A stretch of 64,000 bases of DNA from an uncultured Pelagibacteraceae bacterium (GTDB lineage: Bacteria > Pseudomonadota > Alphaproteobacteria > Pelagibacterales > Pelagibacteraceae), in assembly GCA_902522115.1 (NCBI GenBank), contig CABYUV010000006.1:590-64589 (forward strand). The letters are read 5' to 3'. Shown piece by piece: positions 34,691 through 46,424 of the stretch. The translations under genes and the position numbers were made by a program. Position 1 is the stretch's first letter; every line of letters begins with the position of its first letter. The notes under the pieces are model-generated. The model saw only the letters and a program-made list of their open reading frames with translations. It had not been told where the DNA came from and ran no database searches.

Positions 34691-35461
34691 ATGTTCATTA
34701 ATAATTTTGACCCAGTAGCTTTAGAAATATTTTCTTTAGAAGTCAGATGGTATTCTCTAGCTTATATATTTGGAATCATTATAGGTTGGATACTCGCTAA
34801 AAAACTATTTATCCAAAACATAGAAGTTAGAAATAAATTTGATGATTATTTAACTTATTTAATTATAGGCATAATTGTAGGAGGCAGACTTGGTTATGTA
34901 CTCATTTATAATTTAAGTTTTTATTTAAATAATCCATTAGATATATTTAAAATTTGGCAGGGCGGAATGTCTTTCCATGGTGGCTTAGTGGGAGTTATTT
35001 TAGCGTCTATATTTTTTGCTAAAAAAAATAATCAGAACCCATTTTTATACATGGATATTGTCGCCTTAGTGGCTCCAGTTGGATTATTTTTTGGACGAAT
35101 AGCAAACTTTATAAATTCAGAATTATATGGAACTATAACTAATGTACCCTGGGCAGTAACATTTATTCAAGTAGATAATCTTCCTAGACATCCCTCACAA
35201 TTATACGAAGCGCTATTAGAAGGTTTATTTCTATTTTTATTATTAATTTATTTTAGAAATAAATTTTCAAAAAAACCTGGAGTAATTTCAGGATTATTTT
35301 TAATAATTTACTCAATCTTTAGATTTATTATTGAATATTATAGAGTACCAGATGAACAGTTAGGTTATATATTTTTAAACTTAACAATGGGGCAAGTAGT
35401 AAGTTTAATATTTATACTATCTGGAGTAATTTTAATTTATTTGAAAAATGAAACTCGCTAA
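34691..35461 (+). CDS. lgt: Prolipoprotein diacylglyceryl transferase
   Basis: RWYSL, GGRLGY, GGMSFHGG, GRIANFINSEL, HPSQLYE. Confidence 0.97.
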   Translation: MFINNFDPVALEIFSLEVRWYSLAYIFGIIIGWILAKKLFIQNIEVRNKFDDYLTYLIIGIIVGGRLGYVLIYNLSFYLNNPLDIFKIWQGGMSFHGGLVGVILASIFFAKKNNQNPFLYMDIVALVAPVGLFFGRIANFINSELYGTITNVPWAVTFIQVDNLPRHPSQLYEALLEGLFLFLLLIYFRNKFSKKPGVISGLFLIIYSIFRFIIEYYRVPDEQLGYIFLNLTMGQVVSLIFILSGVILIYLKNETR

Positions 35462-36500
35462 GACAAATAATTTACCATTAGATCAATTTATAAATTTCGC
35501 TCTTTACGATAAAGATAAAGGTTATTACATGAAAAAGAATCCTTTTGGTAAAGATGGAGACTTTATCACTGCTCCTAATATCACAAGATTATTTTCAGAA
35601 ATAATTGCAGTTTGGACAATTACTTTTTGGAAAAGTATGGGTTCTCCAAAAAAATTCAATTTAGTTGAACTTGGAGCTGGAAATGGCGAAATGATGAAAG
35701 TCATAGATGAGACACTCATAAATTTTTCCGATTGTTACAATGCCTGTAGTTTTGTAATTCATGAAAAAAGTGATTTTTTGATAAATGAACAAAAAAAAAA
35801 TTTAAATTCTAATAAATTTTCATGGTTAAAAAACATTAAGAAAATAAACTCTACACCAACAATTTTTTTAGCTAATGAATTCTTTGATGCCATACCAATC
35901 AAACAATTTTTTAAAAAAAAAGATGGTTGGTTTGAAAGATTTGTCACTTTGAAAGATCCAAAAAAAGCAGAGTTTAGGGAAGAAAAAATTGATATAGGAA
36001 AAATTGAAAAACATCTTAATTTTGAAATATCAAAAAATCAGAACATTGTAGAATATTCACCAGACACATTTGAATATCTAAGAACAATTTGCGATTTAAT
36101 ACAAAAAAATGATGGAGGAATTTTGATTATTGATTATGGATATGCAGACAGCAAAATGCATGAAACTCTTCAGGCAGTAAATAATCACAAAAATTCTAAC
36201 GTTTTAGAAAATATTGGGGACTCTGATATTACTTACAATATAAACTTTCATTCTTTTGAAAAATTTATAAATCAGTTTAAAGAGGTTAATTCAATTTTTA
36301 CAAATCAAAAAAGATTTTTAACAAGTATGGGTATTCTTCAAAGAGCAGAAATAATCAGCAAAAATATAGCGTTTTCTAAAAAAGCAGATTTATTTTATCG
36401 GGTAAGACGTTTGATAGATGAAAAGCAAATGGGTGAGTTGTTCAAAGTCATGCTTATAAAAAATAAGAAAAATAATTTTAGAACAGGTTTTCAAAATTGA
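35448..36500 (+). CDS. SAM-dependent methyltransferase (MidA/NDUFAF7)
   Basis: GDFITAP, ELGAGNG, NEFFDA, IDYG, MGELFKV. Confidence 0.92.
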   Translation: MKLAKTNNLPLDQFINFALYDKDKGYYMKKNPFGKDGDFITAPNITRLFSEIIAVWTITFWKSMGSPKKFNLVELGAGNGEMMKVIDETLINFSDCYNACSFVIHEKSDFLINEQKKNLNSNKFSWLKNIKKINSTPTIFLANEFFDAIPIKQFFKKKDGWFERFVTLKDPKKAEFREEKIDIGKIEKHLNFEISKNQNIVEYSPDTFEYLRTICDLIQKNDGGILIIDYGYADSKMHETLQAVNNHKNSNVLENIGDSDITYNINFHSFEKFINQFKEVNSIFTNQKRFLTSMGILQRAEIISKNIAFSKKADLFYRVRRLIDEKQMGELFKVMLIKNKKNNFRTGFQN

Positions 36501-37255
36501 TAAAATCAAAAAAACTCTCAAAAATTAAAACTATAAAACATGGTTTCTTTAACAAAACTGGTGGTAAATCAAAAAAAATTTATAAAAGTTTAAATTGTGG
36601 TCCTGGTTCTAAAGACAATCCATTAAATGTTAAAAAAAATTTAGAAATAGTTAAAAAGAAAATAAAAAGTGCTGCTAAAAGTATTTTTTTACTTAATCAG
36701 TTACATAGTAATAAGTTTGTTTATATTGATAAGAAAAATAAAATTAAATCAAAACCAAAAGCTGATGCAGTAATTACAAATCAAAAAAATTTACCTGTTG
36801 GTGTTCTAACTGCTGACTGTGTACCAGTTTTAATTTGTGATGAAAGAGCGAAATTAGTGGCAGCAATTCATGCTGGTTGGAAAGGTGCATACAAAGATAT
36901 AATTACCAAGGTAATCCAATTTATGATCAAAAAAGGATCAAGTCCTATAAACATAACTGCAGCTATCGGACCTGCTATCTCAGCTAAAAATTATGAAGTC
37001 AAAGAAGATTTTAAAAGAAAATTTATTAAAAAAGATAAAAAAAATAATAAATTTTTTAAAATTAAGTACAAAAACCTTTATTTTGATTTACCTAAGTATG
37101 TAAAATCTTGTCTTTTAAAGAATAAAATAAAAAATGTTGAAACTATAAATATTGATACATTTGATGTTAAAAATAATTTTTTTAGCGCGAGAAGAGCTTT
37201 GAGATTAAATCATGATGATTATGGTAGAAATATTTCAATAATTATGCTTAATTAG
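36497..37255 (+). CDS. pgeF: PgeF/YfiH family protein
   Basis: SLNCG, QLHS, TADCVP, HAGWKG, FFSARR. Confidence 0.92.
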   Translation: MIKSKKLSKIKTIKHGFFNKTGGKSKKIYKSLNCGPGSKDNPLNVKKNLEIVKKKIKSAAKSIFLLNQLHSNKFVYIDKKNKIKSKPKADAVITNQKNLPVGVLTADCVPVLICDERAKLVAAIHAGWKGAYKDIITKVIQFMIKKGSSPINITAAIGPAISAKNYEVKEDFKRKFIKKDKKNNKFFKIKYKNLYFDLPKYVKSCLLKNKIKNVETINIDTFDVKNNFFSARRALRLNHDDYGRNISIIMLN

Positions 37256-37264
37256 CCTTTTTTA

Positions 37265-38197
37265 ATGAAATTATTATCTGGCAATAGCAATAAACCATTA
37301 AGCAAGAATATTGCTAGATTTTTAAAATCTAAATTAGTCAATTCTAGCATTAGAAATTTTTCTGATGGAGAAATTTATGTGGAAATTAACGAAAATATTA
37401 GAGGGAATAGTATTTTTTTAATTCAATCTGTTTCATCTCCTGCAAATGATAACCTAATGGAACTACTATTATGTATTGATGCACTTAAAAGATCCTCAGC
37501 AAAAAATATTACTGCTGTTATACCTTACTTTGGTTATGCTAGACAAGATAGAAAAGTTGCACCAAGAACATCCATATCAGCTAAGCTTGTCTCAAATCTA
37601 ATCACTAAAGCAGGCGCGGATAGAGTTGTAACTGTTGATTTACATGCTGGTCAAATTCAAGGATTTTTTGATATTCCAGTAGACAACTTATTTGCAACAC
37701 CTATTTTTGCAAGGCATGTTAAAAAAATGATAAAAAGTAAAAACCTAATTTGTGTAGCTCCAGATGTGGGTGGTACTGAAAGGGCGAGAGCACTTGGAAA
37801 AATTTTAAATGTTGGATTGGCTATTGTTGATAAAAGAAGACCAAAACCAGGACAATCTCAAGTAATGAATATTATTGGAGATGTGAAAGGAAAAACTTGT
37901 ATTCTCGTTGATGATATCATCGATTCTGGAGGAACAATAGTAAATGCAGCCAAAGCACTTAAAGATAGAGGTGCTAAAGAGGTATATGTTTATATAACTC
38001 ACGGAGTACTTAGTGGTGAAGCTGTAAAAAAAATAAAAAAATCAGTAATTAAAAATTTAGTAATTACTGATACAATTGATAATATCAGTAGAGTTAAAGG
38101 TGTAAAAAACATTGAAGTTTTGTCAATTTCAAGTCTGATGGGTGAAGCTATTAAAAGAATATCAAATTCAACCTCTGTATCTGATTTATTCAAATAA
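37265..38197 (+). CDS. prs: Ribose-phosphate pyrophosphokinase
   Basis: [33 protein letters not shown]. Confidence 0.97.
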   Translation: MKLLSGNSNKPLSKNIARFLKSKLVNSSIRNFSDGEIYVEINENIRGNSIFLIQSVSSPANDNLMELLLCIDALKRSSAKNITAVIPYFGYARQDRKVAPRTSISAKLVSNLITKAGADRVVTVDLHAGQIQGFFDIPVDNLFATPIFARHVKKMIKSKNLICVAPDVGGTERARALGKILNVGLAIVDKRRPKPGQSQVMNIIGDVKGKTCILVDDIIDSGGTIVNAAKALKDRGAKEVYVYITHGVLSGEAVKKIKKSVIKNLVITDTIDNISRVKGVKNIEVLSISSLMGEAIKRISNSTSVSDLFK

Positions 38198-38242
38198 ATA
38201 CCTTGAGTTATTAAGGAACTTGAGCTAAAACCCTTTGTTTTT

Positions 38243-38956
38243 ATGAATTCATTAAATGCTAATATCAGAAATACTAAGACTAAGGGTGAACTAAATTCAC
38301 TGAGGAATAATGGTAACGTGCCTGCTATCATTTATGGTGGTGAGGCTCAAAACGAGAAAATTTCTATCTCAAAAAAAATACTTAAATCTTTAATTGATAA
38401 TGAAAACTTTTTATCAAGCATCATAACTTTAAATATTGATGGTAAAACTCAAAAAGTTCTTCCAAGAGAAATAAAATATGACATTATTTCAGATGAACCA
38501 ATTCATGTAGACTTTTTAAGAATTGTTGCAGGAATAAAAGTCACAATTGAAGTGCCAGTAAAATTTTTAAATCACGAGAAATCTCCTGGTTTAAAAAGAG
38601 GCGGTGTTTTAAATATAGTCAGAAGAAAAGTCGAACTAAAATGTCCAAGCGAAAAAATACCTGAGAATCTAGTTATAGATCTTGATGGTGTTGATATTGG
38701 AGAAAGCTTTAAAATTTCTTCTATAAATCTTGATAGTGAAGTTGCACCTACTATTCAAGGAAGAGACTTCGTAATTGCAACACTTGCAGCTCCAACTGTT
38801 ATGAAAGAACCTGAAAAACCAGCAGAAGCTGAAGGAGCTGAAGGAGAAGGAGCTGAAGGTGCTGAAGCAGCAGCGGCGGAAGGTGGAGATAAACCAGCAG
38901 CTGAAGGTGATAAGAAAGAAGGTGAAGATAAAAAACCCTCTGAAGAGAAAAAATAA
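38243..38956 (+). CDS. rplY: 50S ribosomal protein L25/Ctc
   Basis: VPAIIYG, HVDF, G.KRGG; acidic Ala/Glu tail. Confidence 0.95.
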   Translation: MNSLNANIRNTKTKGELNSLRNNGNVPAIIYGGEAQNEKISISKKILKSLIDNENFLSSIITLNIDGKTQKVLPREIKYDIISDEPIHVDFLRIVAGIKVTIEVPVKFLNHEKSPGLKRGGVLNIVRRKVELKCPSEKIPENLVIDLDGVDIGESFKISSINLDSEVAPTIQGRDFVIATLAAPTVMKEPEKPAEAEGAEGEGAEGAEAAAAEGGDKPAAEGDKKEGEDKKPSEEKK

Positions 38957-38997
38957 GTTATTTAAATTTGAATTTTATCCTCCAATATTAATATTTT

Positions 38998-39558
38998 ATG
39001 CTTCTACTTGTAGGATTAGGCAATCCAACCCCAGACAGTGAAAATAATAGGCACAATATTGGTTTCAAAATTATAGATGCAATAAATAAAAAATTTAGAC
39101 TTTCAAAACAAAAACCAAAATTCAAAGGACTTCTTACAACTGGTAACGTAGGAGACCAAAAAGTCTACGCTATTAAACCTTTAACATTTATGAATAATTC
39201 TGGAATTTGTATTAGAGAATTAATTGAATATTTCAAAATAGATGCTGAGGATATTATCGTTTTCCATGACGATTTAGATGTAGAGTTTGGAAAGATAAAA
39301 GCAAAGTTTGGTGGATCTGACGCAGGACATAATGGAATTGCATCGATAGACAAATTTATTGGAAAAAATTACTCAAGAGTTCGAATAGGAATAGGTAAAC
39401 CAAAAGACAAAATGGAAGTAAGTGATTTTGTTCTTCAGAATTTTGATGAAGATGAAATGATAGGATTGGAAAAAATTACTAACAATATCACAGATTCTAT
39501 TTCAATACTTATAGACAAAAAATTAGATTTATTCTCTAGTACTATAAATAATAAATAA
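38998..39558 (+). CDS. pth: Peptidyl-tRNA hydrolase
   Basis: GLGNP, RHNIG, FMNNSG, HDDLD, GHNG. Confidence 0.97.
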   Translation: MLLLVGLGNPTPDSENNRHNIGFKIIDAINKKFRLSKQKPKFKGLLTTGNVGDQKVYAIKPLTFMNNSGICIRELIEYFKIDAEDIIVFHDDLDVEFGKIKAKFGGSDAGHNGIASIDKFIGKNYSRVRIGIGKPKDKMEVSDFVLQNFDEDEMIGLEKITNNITDSISILIDKKLDLFSSTINNK

Positions 39559-40631
39559 TGAGTTTTAAATGTGGAATTGTTGGTTTACCTAATGTGGGTA
39601 AATCTACACTTTTCAATGCTCTCACAAACTCTAGTAAAGCTCAAGCTGCAAACTTTCCATTTTGTACAATAGATCCCAATGTGGGTGTAGTCCCCGTGCC
39701 AGATGAAAGATTAAATAAATTATCAGAAGTTTCAAAATCAAAAAAAACCATAAATACAACTATTTCATTTGTTGATATAGCTGGTCTTGTAAAAGGCGCA
39801 TCTAAAGGTGAGGGATTAGGTAACAAATTTCTATCTCACATAAGAGAAGTCGATGCAGTTATTCATATGATTAGATGCTTTGACTCAGACGATATTCAAA
39901 ATGTTAATCCTGATGTTGACCCAATAAGAGATCTTGAGATTATAGAAACTGAGATGATGCTAGCTGACCTAGAGTCTATTCAAAAAAGGCTTGAAAAAAA
40001 TAATAAGAAAAATGTTGACGAAGATCAGCTTAAGATTTTACAGATTGCATTAGACTGCATCAATAATGATAAAGATATATCAATATTAAAATCTCAATTT
40101 GATACAAAACAACTTAATCAAAGTGGCCTTTTATCAATAAAACCAAAGATTTTTGTTTGCAATGTAGACGAGCGAAGCGTGCAGGATGGAAATAAATATA
40201 CTAAAAACTTTATTGAAAAATTCGGAAAAGATAACACTCTTATTGTTTCTGCAGATATAGAAAACCAAATAAATGAATTGGCAGAAGATGAAAAAAAAAA
40301 TTATATGGACATGATTGGTTTAAAAGATACAGGTCTAAGTATGTTAATTCAAAAGGGCTATAAAATATTAGAACTTGATACGTACTTTACTTCTGGACCT
40401 GAAGAAACAAGGGCTTGGACTATACAAAAAAACTGTACTGCTCCTAAAGCTGCTGGAGAAATTCATACTGATTTTGAAAAAGGTTTTATTAGAGCTGAAA
40501 CTATATCTTATGAAGATTTCGTTGCTAATGATGGATGGGTAAATTCTAAAGCTAATGGAAAAATGAGATTAGAGGGTAAGGATTATATTGTAAAAGATGG
40601 AGACGTACTAAACTTCAGATTCAACACGTGA
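39558..40631 (+). CDS. ychF: Redox-regulated ATPase YchF
   Basis: GLPNVGKST, FPFCTIDPN, DIAGLV, IHTDF. Confidence 0.97.
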   Translation: MSFKCGIVGLPNVGKSTLFNALTNSSKAQAANFPFCTIDPNVGVVPVPDERLNKLSEVSKSKKTINTTISFVDIAGLVKGASKGEGLGNKFLSHIREVDAVIHMIRCFDSDDIQNVNPDVDPIRDLEIIETEMMLADLESIQKRLEKNNKKNVDEDQLKILQIALDCINNDKDISILKSQFDTKQLNQSGLLSIKPKIFVCNVDERSVQDGNKYTKNFIEKFGKDNTLIVSADIENQINELAEDEKKNYMDMIGLKDTGLSMLIQKGYKILELDTYFTSGPEETRAWTIQKNCTAPKAAGEIHTDFEKGFIRAETISYEDFVANDGWVNSKANGKMRLEGKDYIVKDGDVLNFRFNT

Positions 40632-41387
40632 CCATATTTTTTTCATACTGAAATAAACCAGAATTGTGAGAATAATCAAATATACGATTGCTTTAAAGCC
40701 CATTTGATGTCTAGCTTCTAAGTGAGGTTCAGCAGACCACATTAAAAAAGTCGTTACATCTTTTGACATTTGTTCTACTGTTGCATTTGTTCCATCACCA
40801 TACTCAACTAATCCATCCGATAATGGAGCTGACATTCTAATTTTATTACCATACATATATTTGTTGTAATAAACTCCATCATCTAAAGACACATTGCTAG
40901 GAGCCTCTTCATATCCCTGTAATAAGGAATAAATATAGTCAACACCGCCACCTCTTGCTTTAACCAAAACAGACATGTCAGGAGGGTATGCGCCACCATT
41001 TGCAGCTTGAGCTGCTTTTACATTATCATATGGCATTACAAATTTATCAGATAATTTTCCTGGTCTTGTAAACATCTCCCCATCAGAATTTGGACCATCA
41101 GTTACTTCAAAAGAGGCTGCTATAGCTTTAGCTTGAGCTTCTGAGAATTCTGGCCCACCTGGCTCTGCTAAATTTCTATAACTTAAATATTTCATCGAAT
41201 GACAAGAGGCACATACTTCGGTATAAACTTGATAACCTCTTTGAAGAGAAGCTCTATCAAATTTTCCAAATAAACCCTTAAAACTCCAATCAGTTTTTAG
41301 ATATTCTACTTTTTCAGCAGCAACAGAATATGAATTTGAGGCAATAATTAAGATAATTATAGAAAATAATTTAAATAAATTTTTCAC
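40608..41387 (-). CDS. petC: Cytochrome c1
   Basis: RGYQVY..VCASCH, PPDMS; C-terminal TM; GTG start. Confidence 0.96.
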   Translation of the reverse strand: MKNLFKLFSIIILIIASNSYSVAAEKVEYLKTDWSFKGLFGKFDRASLQRGYQVYTEVCASCHSMKYLSYRNLAEPGGPEFSEAQAKAIAASFEVTDGPNSDGEMFTRPGKLSDKFVMPYDNVKAAQAANGGAYPPDMSVLVKARGGGVDYIYSLLQGYEEAPSNVSLDDGVYYNKYMYGNKIRMSAPLSDGLVEYGDGTNATVEQMSKDVTTFLMWSAEPHLEARHQMGFKAIVYLIILTILVYFSMKKIWSRVESEV

Positions 41388-41388
41388 C

Positions 41389-42651
41389 CTATTCTATTTT
41401 ACTTTCTTTATTTCTGGCTGCCGCTAAATTTGGTGAACCACCTAGAACTGGTTCGGTAATACTTAAAGGCACTGGTAAAGTTTTTTCTTTAAACCCTAAA
41501 ACAGGAAGAATAACTAAAAAATGTAAAAAGTAATACGCAGTAGCAACTCTTGCTATCAGCAAATAAAGTCCTTCAGCCGGCATCGCACCCACATAACCAA
41601 GTATCAAAACATCTGCAACAAGTATCCAGTAAAATTGTTTATATAAAGGTCTAAATACTGCTGATCTTATTTTTGAGGTATCTAACCAAGGTAAAACTGC
41701 TAAGATTAATATTGCAGATAACATAGCCACAACTCCTAGCAATTTATCAGGGACTGATCTTAATATTGCATAAAAAGGTAATAGATACCACTCAGGAACA
41801 ATATGTGCAGGTGTTACCATTGGGTTAGCTTCTATATAATTATCTGCATGTCCTAAAATATTTGGTGCATAAAATACAAAGAAAGCAAACACAATCATAA
41901 ACATTAGTAAAGCAAAACCATCTTTAATTACGATGTAAGGATGAAAAGGTACAGTGTCTTTAGATGGTTTTTTTATATCTATTCCTACTGGATTATTGTT
42001 ACCAGGAACATGTAAAGCCCATATATGTAAAACAACTAATCCTAAAATTAAAAATGGAATTAAGTAATGCAAAGTAAAAAATCTTGTTAATGTAGGGTTG
42101 TCAACTGAATAACCACCCCACAACCAAGTAACTATTCCCTCTCCTACCAGAGGAATAGCGCTAAATAAATTTGTAATAACTGTTGCTCCCCAAAAACTCA
42201 TTTGACCCCATGGCAACACATAACCCATAAATGCTGCAGCCATCATTAATAAATAAATTATTATCCCTAAAATCCATATTATTTCTCTAGGAGATTTATA
42301 AGAACCGTAAAATAATGATCTAAATATATGAATATACACTGCTAGAAAAAACATTGAAGCGCCGTTTGCATGAATATATCTAATTAACCATCCATAGTTA
42401 ACGTCACGCATGATGTGCTCTACACTTTCAAAAGCCATATCAGCATGAGCAATATAATGCATTGCAAGAGTTAGTCCTGTTACAATTTGAGTGATTAAAC
42501 AAAAAGTTAAAATTCCACCAAAAGTCCACCAATAATTTAAATTTTTAGGAGTTGGATAATCTGTTAAATGATTTGCAAGGGTTAATAGTGGCAATCGGTC
42601 ATTGAACCATTGTCCTACTTTCGATTTTGGTCTGTAATCGTGATCACTCAT
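41389..42651 (-). CDS. petB: Cytochrome b
   Basis: [18 protein letters not shown]. Confidence 0.98.
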   Translation of the reverse strand: MSDHDYRPKSKVGQWFNDRLPLLTLANHLTDYPTPKNLNYWWTFGGILTFCLITQIVTGLTLAMHYIAHADMAFESVEHIMRDVNYGWLIRYIHANGASMFFLAVYIHIFRSLFYGSYKSPREIIWILGIIIYLLMMAAAFMGYVLPWGQMSFWGATVITNLFSAIPLVGEGIVTWLWGGYSVDNPTLTRFFTLHYLIPFLILGLVVLHIWALHVPGNNNPVGIDIKKPSKDTVPFHPYIVIKDGFALLMFMIVFAFFVFYAPNILGHADNYIEANPMVTPAHIVPEWYLLPFYAILRSVPDKLLGVVAMLSAILILAVLPWLDTSKIRSAVFRPLYKQFYWILVADVLILGYVGAMPAEGLYLLIARVATAYYFLHFLVILPVLGFKEKTLPVPLSITEPVLGGSPNLAAARNKESKIE

Positions 42652-42657
42652 TTTTCT

Positions 42658-43167
42658 TTATCCAATTTTTATTGTGTTTGCATCGACAAATTCGTATTTA
42701 GGCACTTCCATATTCCAAGGTGCTGGTCCTTTTCTTATTCTTCCAGAAGTATCATAATGAGATCCATGACATGGACAGAACCAACCATTATAATCGCCTT
42801 TATCATTTAGAGGTACACATCCAAGGTGGGTGCATACACCTAACATAACAAGCCACTCAGGGTTTTTTGCTCTATCTTCATCTTTTTCAGGATGAATTAA
42901 GTCCTCCATCTTAACAGATCTTGCCTCATCAATTTCTTCTTGAGTTCTTCTTCTTATAAATACTGGTTTCCCTCTCCACAAAACAGTCAATGTATTTCCA
43001 GGTGTTAATGAGCTTACATCAACTTCTGTACTAGCTAACGCTTTAACAGAAGCATCTGGATTCATTTGATCTATCATTGGCCATACTACTGCAGCGGCAC
43101 CAACAGCTCCTACAGCTGTGGTAGCTGTGAATAAAAAGTCTCTTCTTTTTGTTTTTTTTTCAGACAC
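42658..43167 (-). CDS. petA: Rieske iron-sulfur protein
   Basis: RRDFL Tat motif, CTHLGC, CPCHGS. Confidence 0.98.
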   Translation of the reverse strand: MSEKKTKRRDFLFTATTAVGAVGAAAVVWPMIDQMNPDASVKALASTEVDVSSLTPGNTLTVLWRGKPVFIRRRTQEEIDEARSVKMEDLIHPEKDEDRAKNPEWLVMLGVCTHLGCVPLNDKGDYNGWFCPCHGSHYDTSGRIRKGPAPWNMEVPKYEFVDANTIKIG

Positions 43168-43259
43168 TTATAGTTGCTTTTGTTATTATCTCTTTTTGAT
43201 TTAAAATAGTTAATATACGAATTCATATAATATAAAATAATTATTTTACTACTGAAAGA

Positions 43260-43733
43260 ATGACACATAAATCAACAATTTTAAGTCCGAAAATAGCTTT
43301 GTATGAGCCTGATATACCTCAGAATACTGCTGCAATCATTAGAACTTGTGCATGTTTGGGTGCTAAATTAGAAATAATTGAACCATGTGGCTTTCTATTA
43401 TCAGACAAACGCTTTAAAAGAGTGGTTATGGACTATATGGACTCTAGTCAAATAGAGTTTTATCAAAGTTCTGAAAAATTTTTTGAGGCAAAGAAGAAAC
43501 AGAGAGTGGTATTGATGACAACTAAGGGTTCAATAAATTATACAAAATTTAAATTTAAGCCTAATGATACTATTTTGTTTGGAAGAGAAAGCGCTGGAGT
43601 GCCTGAAAAGGTTCATAAAATAATTAAAAATCGTTTAAAAATACCAATGAATAACCAAGTAAGATCTCTTAATATTGCATCGTCAGTTGCCATTGTTTTG
43701 GCAGAAAGTTTGCGTCAAATAGAATTAATATAA
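43260..43733 (+). CDS. trmL: tRNA (cytidine(34)-2'-O)-methyltransferase
   Basis: PDIPQN, FGRESAG, RSLN SPOUT motifs. Confidence 0.9.
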   Translation: MTHKSTILSPKIALYEPDIPQNTAAIIRTCACLGAKLEIIEPCGFLLSDKRFKRVVMDYMDSSQIEFYQSSEKFFEAKKKQRVVLMTTKGSINYTKFKFKPNDTILFGRESAGVPEKVHKIIKNRLKIPMNNQVRSLNIASSVAIVLAESLRQIELI

Positions 43734-43734
43734 A

Positions 43735-44562
43735 ATGGATATTTCAATCAAAAAAGACCTAGCGGGTAACTGGTTTAAGCTATTACAAAATGCAATATGT
43801 GACGACATTTTAAAAATTGAAAAAAATAAAGTAAATTTTGAGTCAACTTCTTGGAAAAGAGGCAATAAAAGAGATGAAGGTGGTGGTGAATATAGAATTC
43901 TTAAAAATGGAAAAATTTTTGAAAAAGTAGGAGTAAATTTTTCAAAAGTTTATGGAAAATTTCCTAAGCAATTTCAAAAGAATATACCAGGCGCAAGTAA
44001 AGATCCTAGATTTTGGGCATCAGGGATATCAATAGTTATGCACATGCAAAATCCTCACATTCCTGCAATGCATTTTAATACCAGATTTATTTGTACCACA
44101 AAGAATTGGTTTGGCGGAGGAATGGATATAACTCCAGCAATAAAAGATAAAATAGAAAGGAAAAATTTTCATAAAATATTAAAAGCAATGTGCGATAGAC
44201 ATAATAAAAATTATTATAAAAAATACAAAAAGTGGTGTGATGAATATTTTTATCTACCTCACAGAAAAGAAGCAAGAGGTATAGGTGGAATCTTTTTTGA
44301 CTATAAAAATGATAATTTTGAAAATGACTTTAAGTTTGTAAGAGATGTTGGTGTTACATTTCAAATGCTATTTAATGAAATAATTAAAAAAAAAATAAAA
44401 AAAAAATGGATTTTAAAAGATAAAGAGTCTCAGTATATTAAAAGAGGACGATACGCAGAATTTAATTTGCTCTATGATAGAGGAACAAAATTTGGGCTAC
44501 AAACTGGTGGTAATGTTGAAGGAATTTTGATGTCATTACCTCCGATTGCAAAATGGAAATAA
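43735..44562 (+). CDS. hemF: Oxygen-dependent coproporphyrinogen III oxidase
   Basis: FEKVGVN, HFNTR, WFGGG.D, RGIGGIF, RGTKFGL. Confidence 0.96.
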   Translation: MDISIKKDLAGNWFKLLQNAICDDILKIEKNKVNFESTSWKRGNKRDEGGGEYRILKNGKIFEKVGVNFSKVYGKFPKQFQKNIPGASKDPRFWASGISIVMHMQNPHIPAMHFNTRFICTTKNWFGGGMDITPAIKDKIERKNFHKILKAMCDRHNKNYYKKYKKWCDEYFYLPHRKEARGIGGIFFDYKNDNFENDFKFVRDVGVTFQMLFNEIIKKKIKKKWILKDKESQYIKRGRYAEFNLLYDRGTKFGLQTGGNVEGILMSLPPIAKWK

Positions 44563-44566
44563 AAAA

Positions 44567-45043
44567 ATGGATAAAGAGCCAATAACATTAAACGGATTAA
44601 ATAAATTAAAAGAAGAATTAGTTTTTTTAAAAGAAAAAAAAAGACCTGAGATAGTAGCTGCAATTGCTGAAGCGAGATCCCATGGAGACCTTAAAGAAAA
44701 TGCTGAATATCATGCAGCTAAAGAAGAACAATCTCATAACGAGGGAAGAATTACAGAAATTAACGATATTATTGCAAGAGCAAATGTTATTGACGTCACA
44801 AAACTAAACAATGAAGGAAAAGTAATTTTTGGATCTACAGTTTATTTAGAAGATTTAGACACTGGTGAAAAAATTAATTATAAAATTGTTGGAAGAGATG
44901 AGGCAGATTTAAAACAAAAACTAATTTTCTTTCAATCACCAATTGGCAAAGGTTTGATTGGAAAAAATAAAAGTGATTTAGTTGAAATAAATACACCCTC
45001 TGGTGTAAAAAATTTTGAAATTAAAGACGTTAAATATATTTAA
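44567..45043 (+). CDS. greA: Transcription elongation factor GreA
   Basis: [18 protein letters not shown]. Confidence 0.96.
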   Translation: MDKEPITLNGLNKLKEELVFLKEKKRPEIVAAIAEARSHGDLKENAEYHAAKEEQSHNEGRITEINDIIARANVIDVTKLNNEGKVIFGSTVYLEDLDTGEKINYKIVGRDEADLKQKLIFFQSPIGKGLIGKNKSDLVEINTPSGVKNFEIKDVKYI

Positions 45044-46314
45044 CTTTTAATTATTTGTTGTACTTGCTTATCTGAAATTTGAAATCCGTTTTGAACCCAG
45101 GTTTCCTCTATTTTTTTTAATTTATTACCTAAAGTTTTACCCTCGGGAATTTGAAATTTAGACATTAGTAAATCAGCTCCTACTGGCAAAGTTGGAATTA
45201 CTTTATGTTCATATGTATCTAATAGTTTGATTAATTTTTTCTCTACTTTGTTTGAGGTAAAAATTTTAAAATTAATTATATCTATTACAGCTTGTCGCCC
45301 ATTGAAATAAAAAAATTTATTCAAGTTTTTCTCTGTAAAGTTGTTTAGAGTCATGTTTTCTCTATAAAAAAGATCTATCAATTTTAATCTTTTCTTATCT
45401 TTTTTAGATATTTTGAATTTGTAGATAAAATAATCAGTATTATCAGTTCCATCAATCACTAAAAGTGCAATTAAGAATATAAAGTCAATTTTTAAAAAAT
45501 TCTCTGCAGTATAAGAATTTTGTTTTTTAAAATTTTGAATATTTTTTAATTGAGGAAAAATTATTTCTATTAGTTCTAAACTTTCTTTATCTTTAAACAG
45601 TTTTAAAAATCCATTTGAACTCGTTATTTTTTTTAGTTCATCGATTAATCTTTCAGATGATATATTTGAAATTCCATCAATATTTTTTTTTATTTTTTTT
45701 ATAATTTCTGACTGGTGTTTATGATTTGAGTAATTTAAATAAAATCTTAAATACCTTAAAATACGTAAATAATCCTCTTGAATTCTTTTTTCCGCATTAC
45801 CAATAAAATTAATATAACCCTCCTCTAAATCTTTTTTACCATTAAATGGATCAAATAAATTACCATCACCATCTGCATAAATTGAATTGATAGTAAAATC
45901 TCTTCTAGAGGCATCTTCCTTCCAATCTAAAGAGAATTCTACTTCAGCATGCCTTCCATCAGTTGAGACGTCTTTCCTTAAAGAAGTAATTTCATATTTA
46001 TATTCGTCAATTATTGCGGTTATAGTTCCGTGTTCAATTCCTGTTTTGTAATAACTTATTTGTTTGTTTTTAAGAGCCTCACAAACTTCCGAGGGAGTTA
46101 AATTTGTTGCTAGGTCAATATCATCAACGTTTTCTTTTTTTATCACTTTTCTTACACACCCACCCACATATCTGATTTCACTTTTCTCTGAAAAATTATT
46201 AATTGCTTCAAAAATTTTATTTGCGGGTGTTGTCAAAGTAATTTGTTTTAAATTTTTACTGATATAATCAAGATTTTTTGATCGGGAAAAAAATTTATCT
46301 AAAAAATTTTTCAT
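45040..46314 (-). CDS. cca: CCA tRNA nucleotidyltransferase
   Basis: [27 protein letters not shown]. Confidence 0.92.
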   Translation of the reverse strand: MKNFLDKFFSRSKNLDYISKNLKQITLTTPANKIFEAINNFSEKSEIRYVGGCVRKVIKKENVDDIDLATNLTPSEVCEALKNKQISYYKTGIEHGTITAIIDEYKYEITSLRKDVSTDGRHAEVEFSLDWKEDASRRDFTINSIYADGDGNLFDPFNGKKDLEEGYINFIGNAEKRIQEDYLRILRYLRFYLNYSNHKHQSEIIKKIKKNIDGISNISSERLIDELKKITSSNGFLKLFKDKESLELIEIIFPQLKNIQNFKKQNSYTAENFLKIDFIFLIALLVIDGTDNTDYFIYKFKISKKDKKRLKLIDLFYRENMTLNNFTEKNLNKFFYFNGRQAVIDIINFKIFTSNKVEKKLIKLLDTYEHKVIPTLPVGADLLMSKFQIPEGKTLGNKLKKIEETWVQNGFQISDKQVQQIIKS

Positions 46315-46317
46315 AAA

Positions 46318-46391
46318 TGGCTGGGGCGCTAGGATTCGAACCTAGGATGCAGGTACCAAAAACCCGTGCCTTACCGCTTGGCTACGCCCCA
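46318..46391 (-). tRNA. tRNA-Gln(TTG)
   Basis: TGGGGCG...CGCCCCA-GCCA; anticodon arm CGGGT-TTTTGGT-ACCTG; GGTTCGAATCC. Confidence 0.97.
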
Positions 46392-46424
46392 ATACTAGCT
46401 TCCTATAACATAAAAATATAAAAT

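Noticed and set aside
38815-38950. GC-richer GAAGG/GCTGAAGG repeats
   Set aside because: They encode the ordinary low-complexity Ala/Glu/Gly tail of L25.
40608-40631. Convergent 3' overlaps (ychF/petC; also kinase/UbiK-like at 34407-34429)
   Set aside because: Common result of genome streamlining; no extra structure seen.
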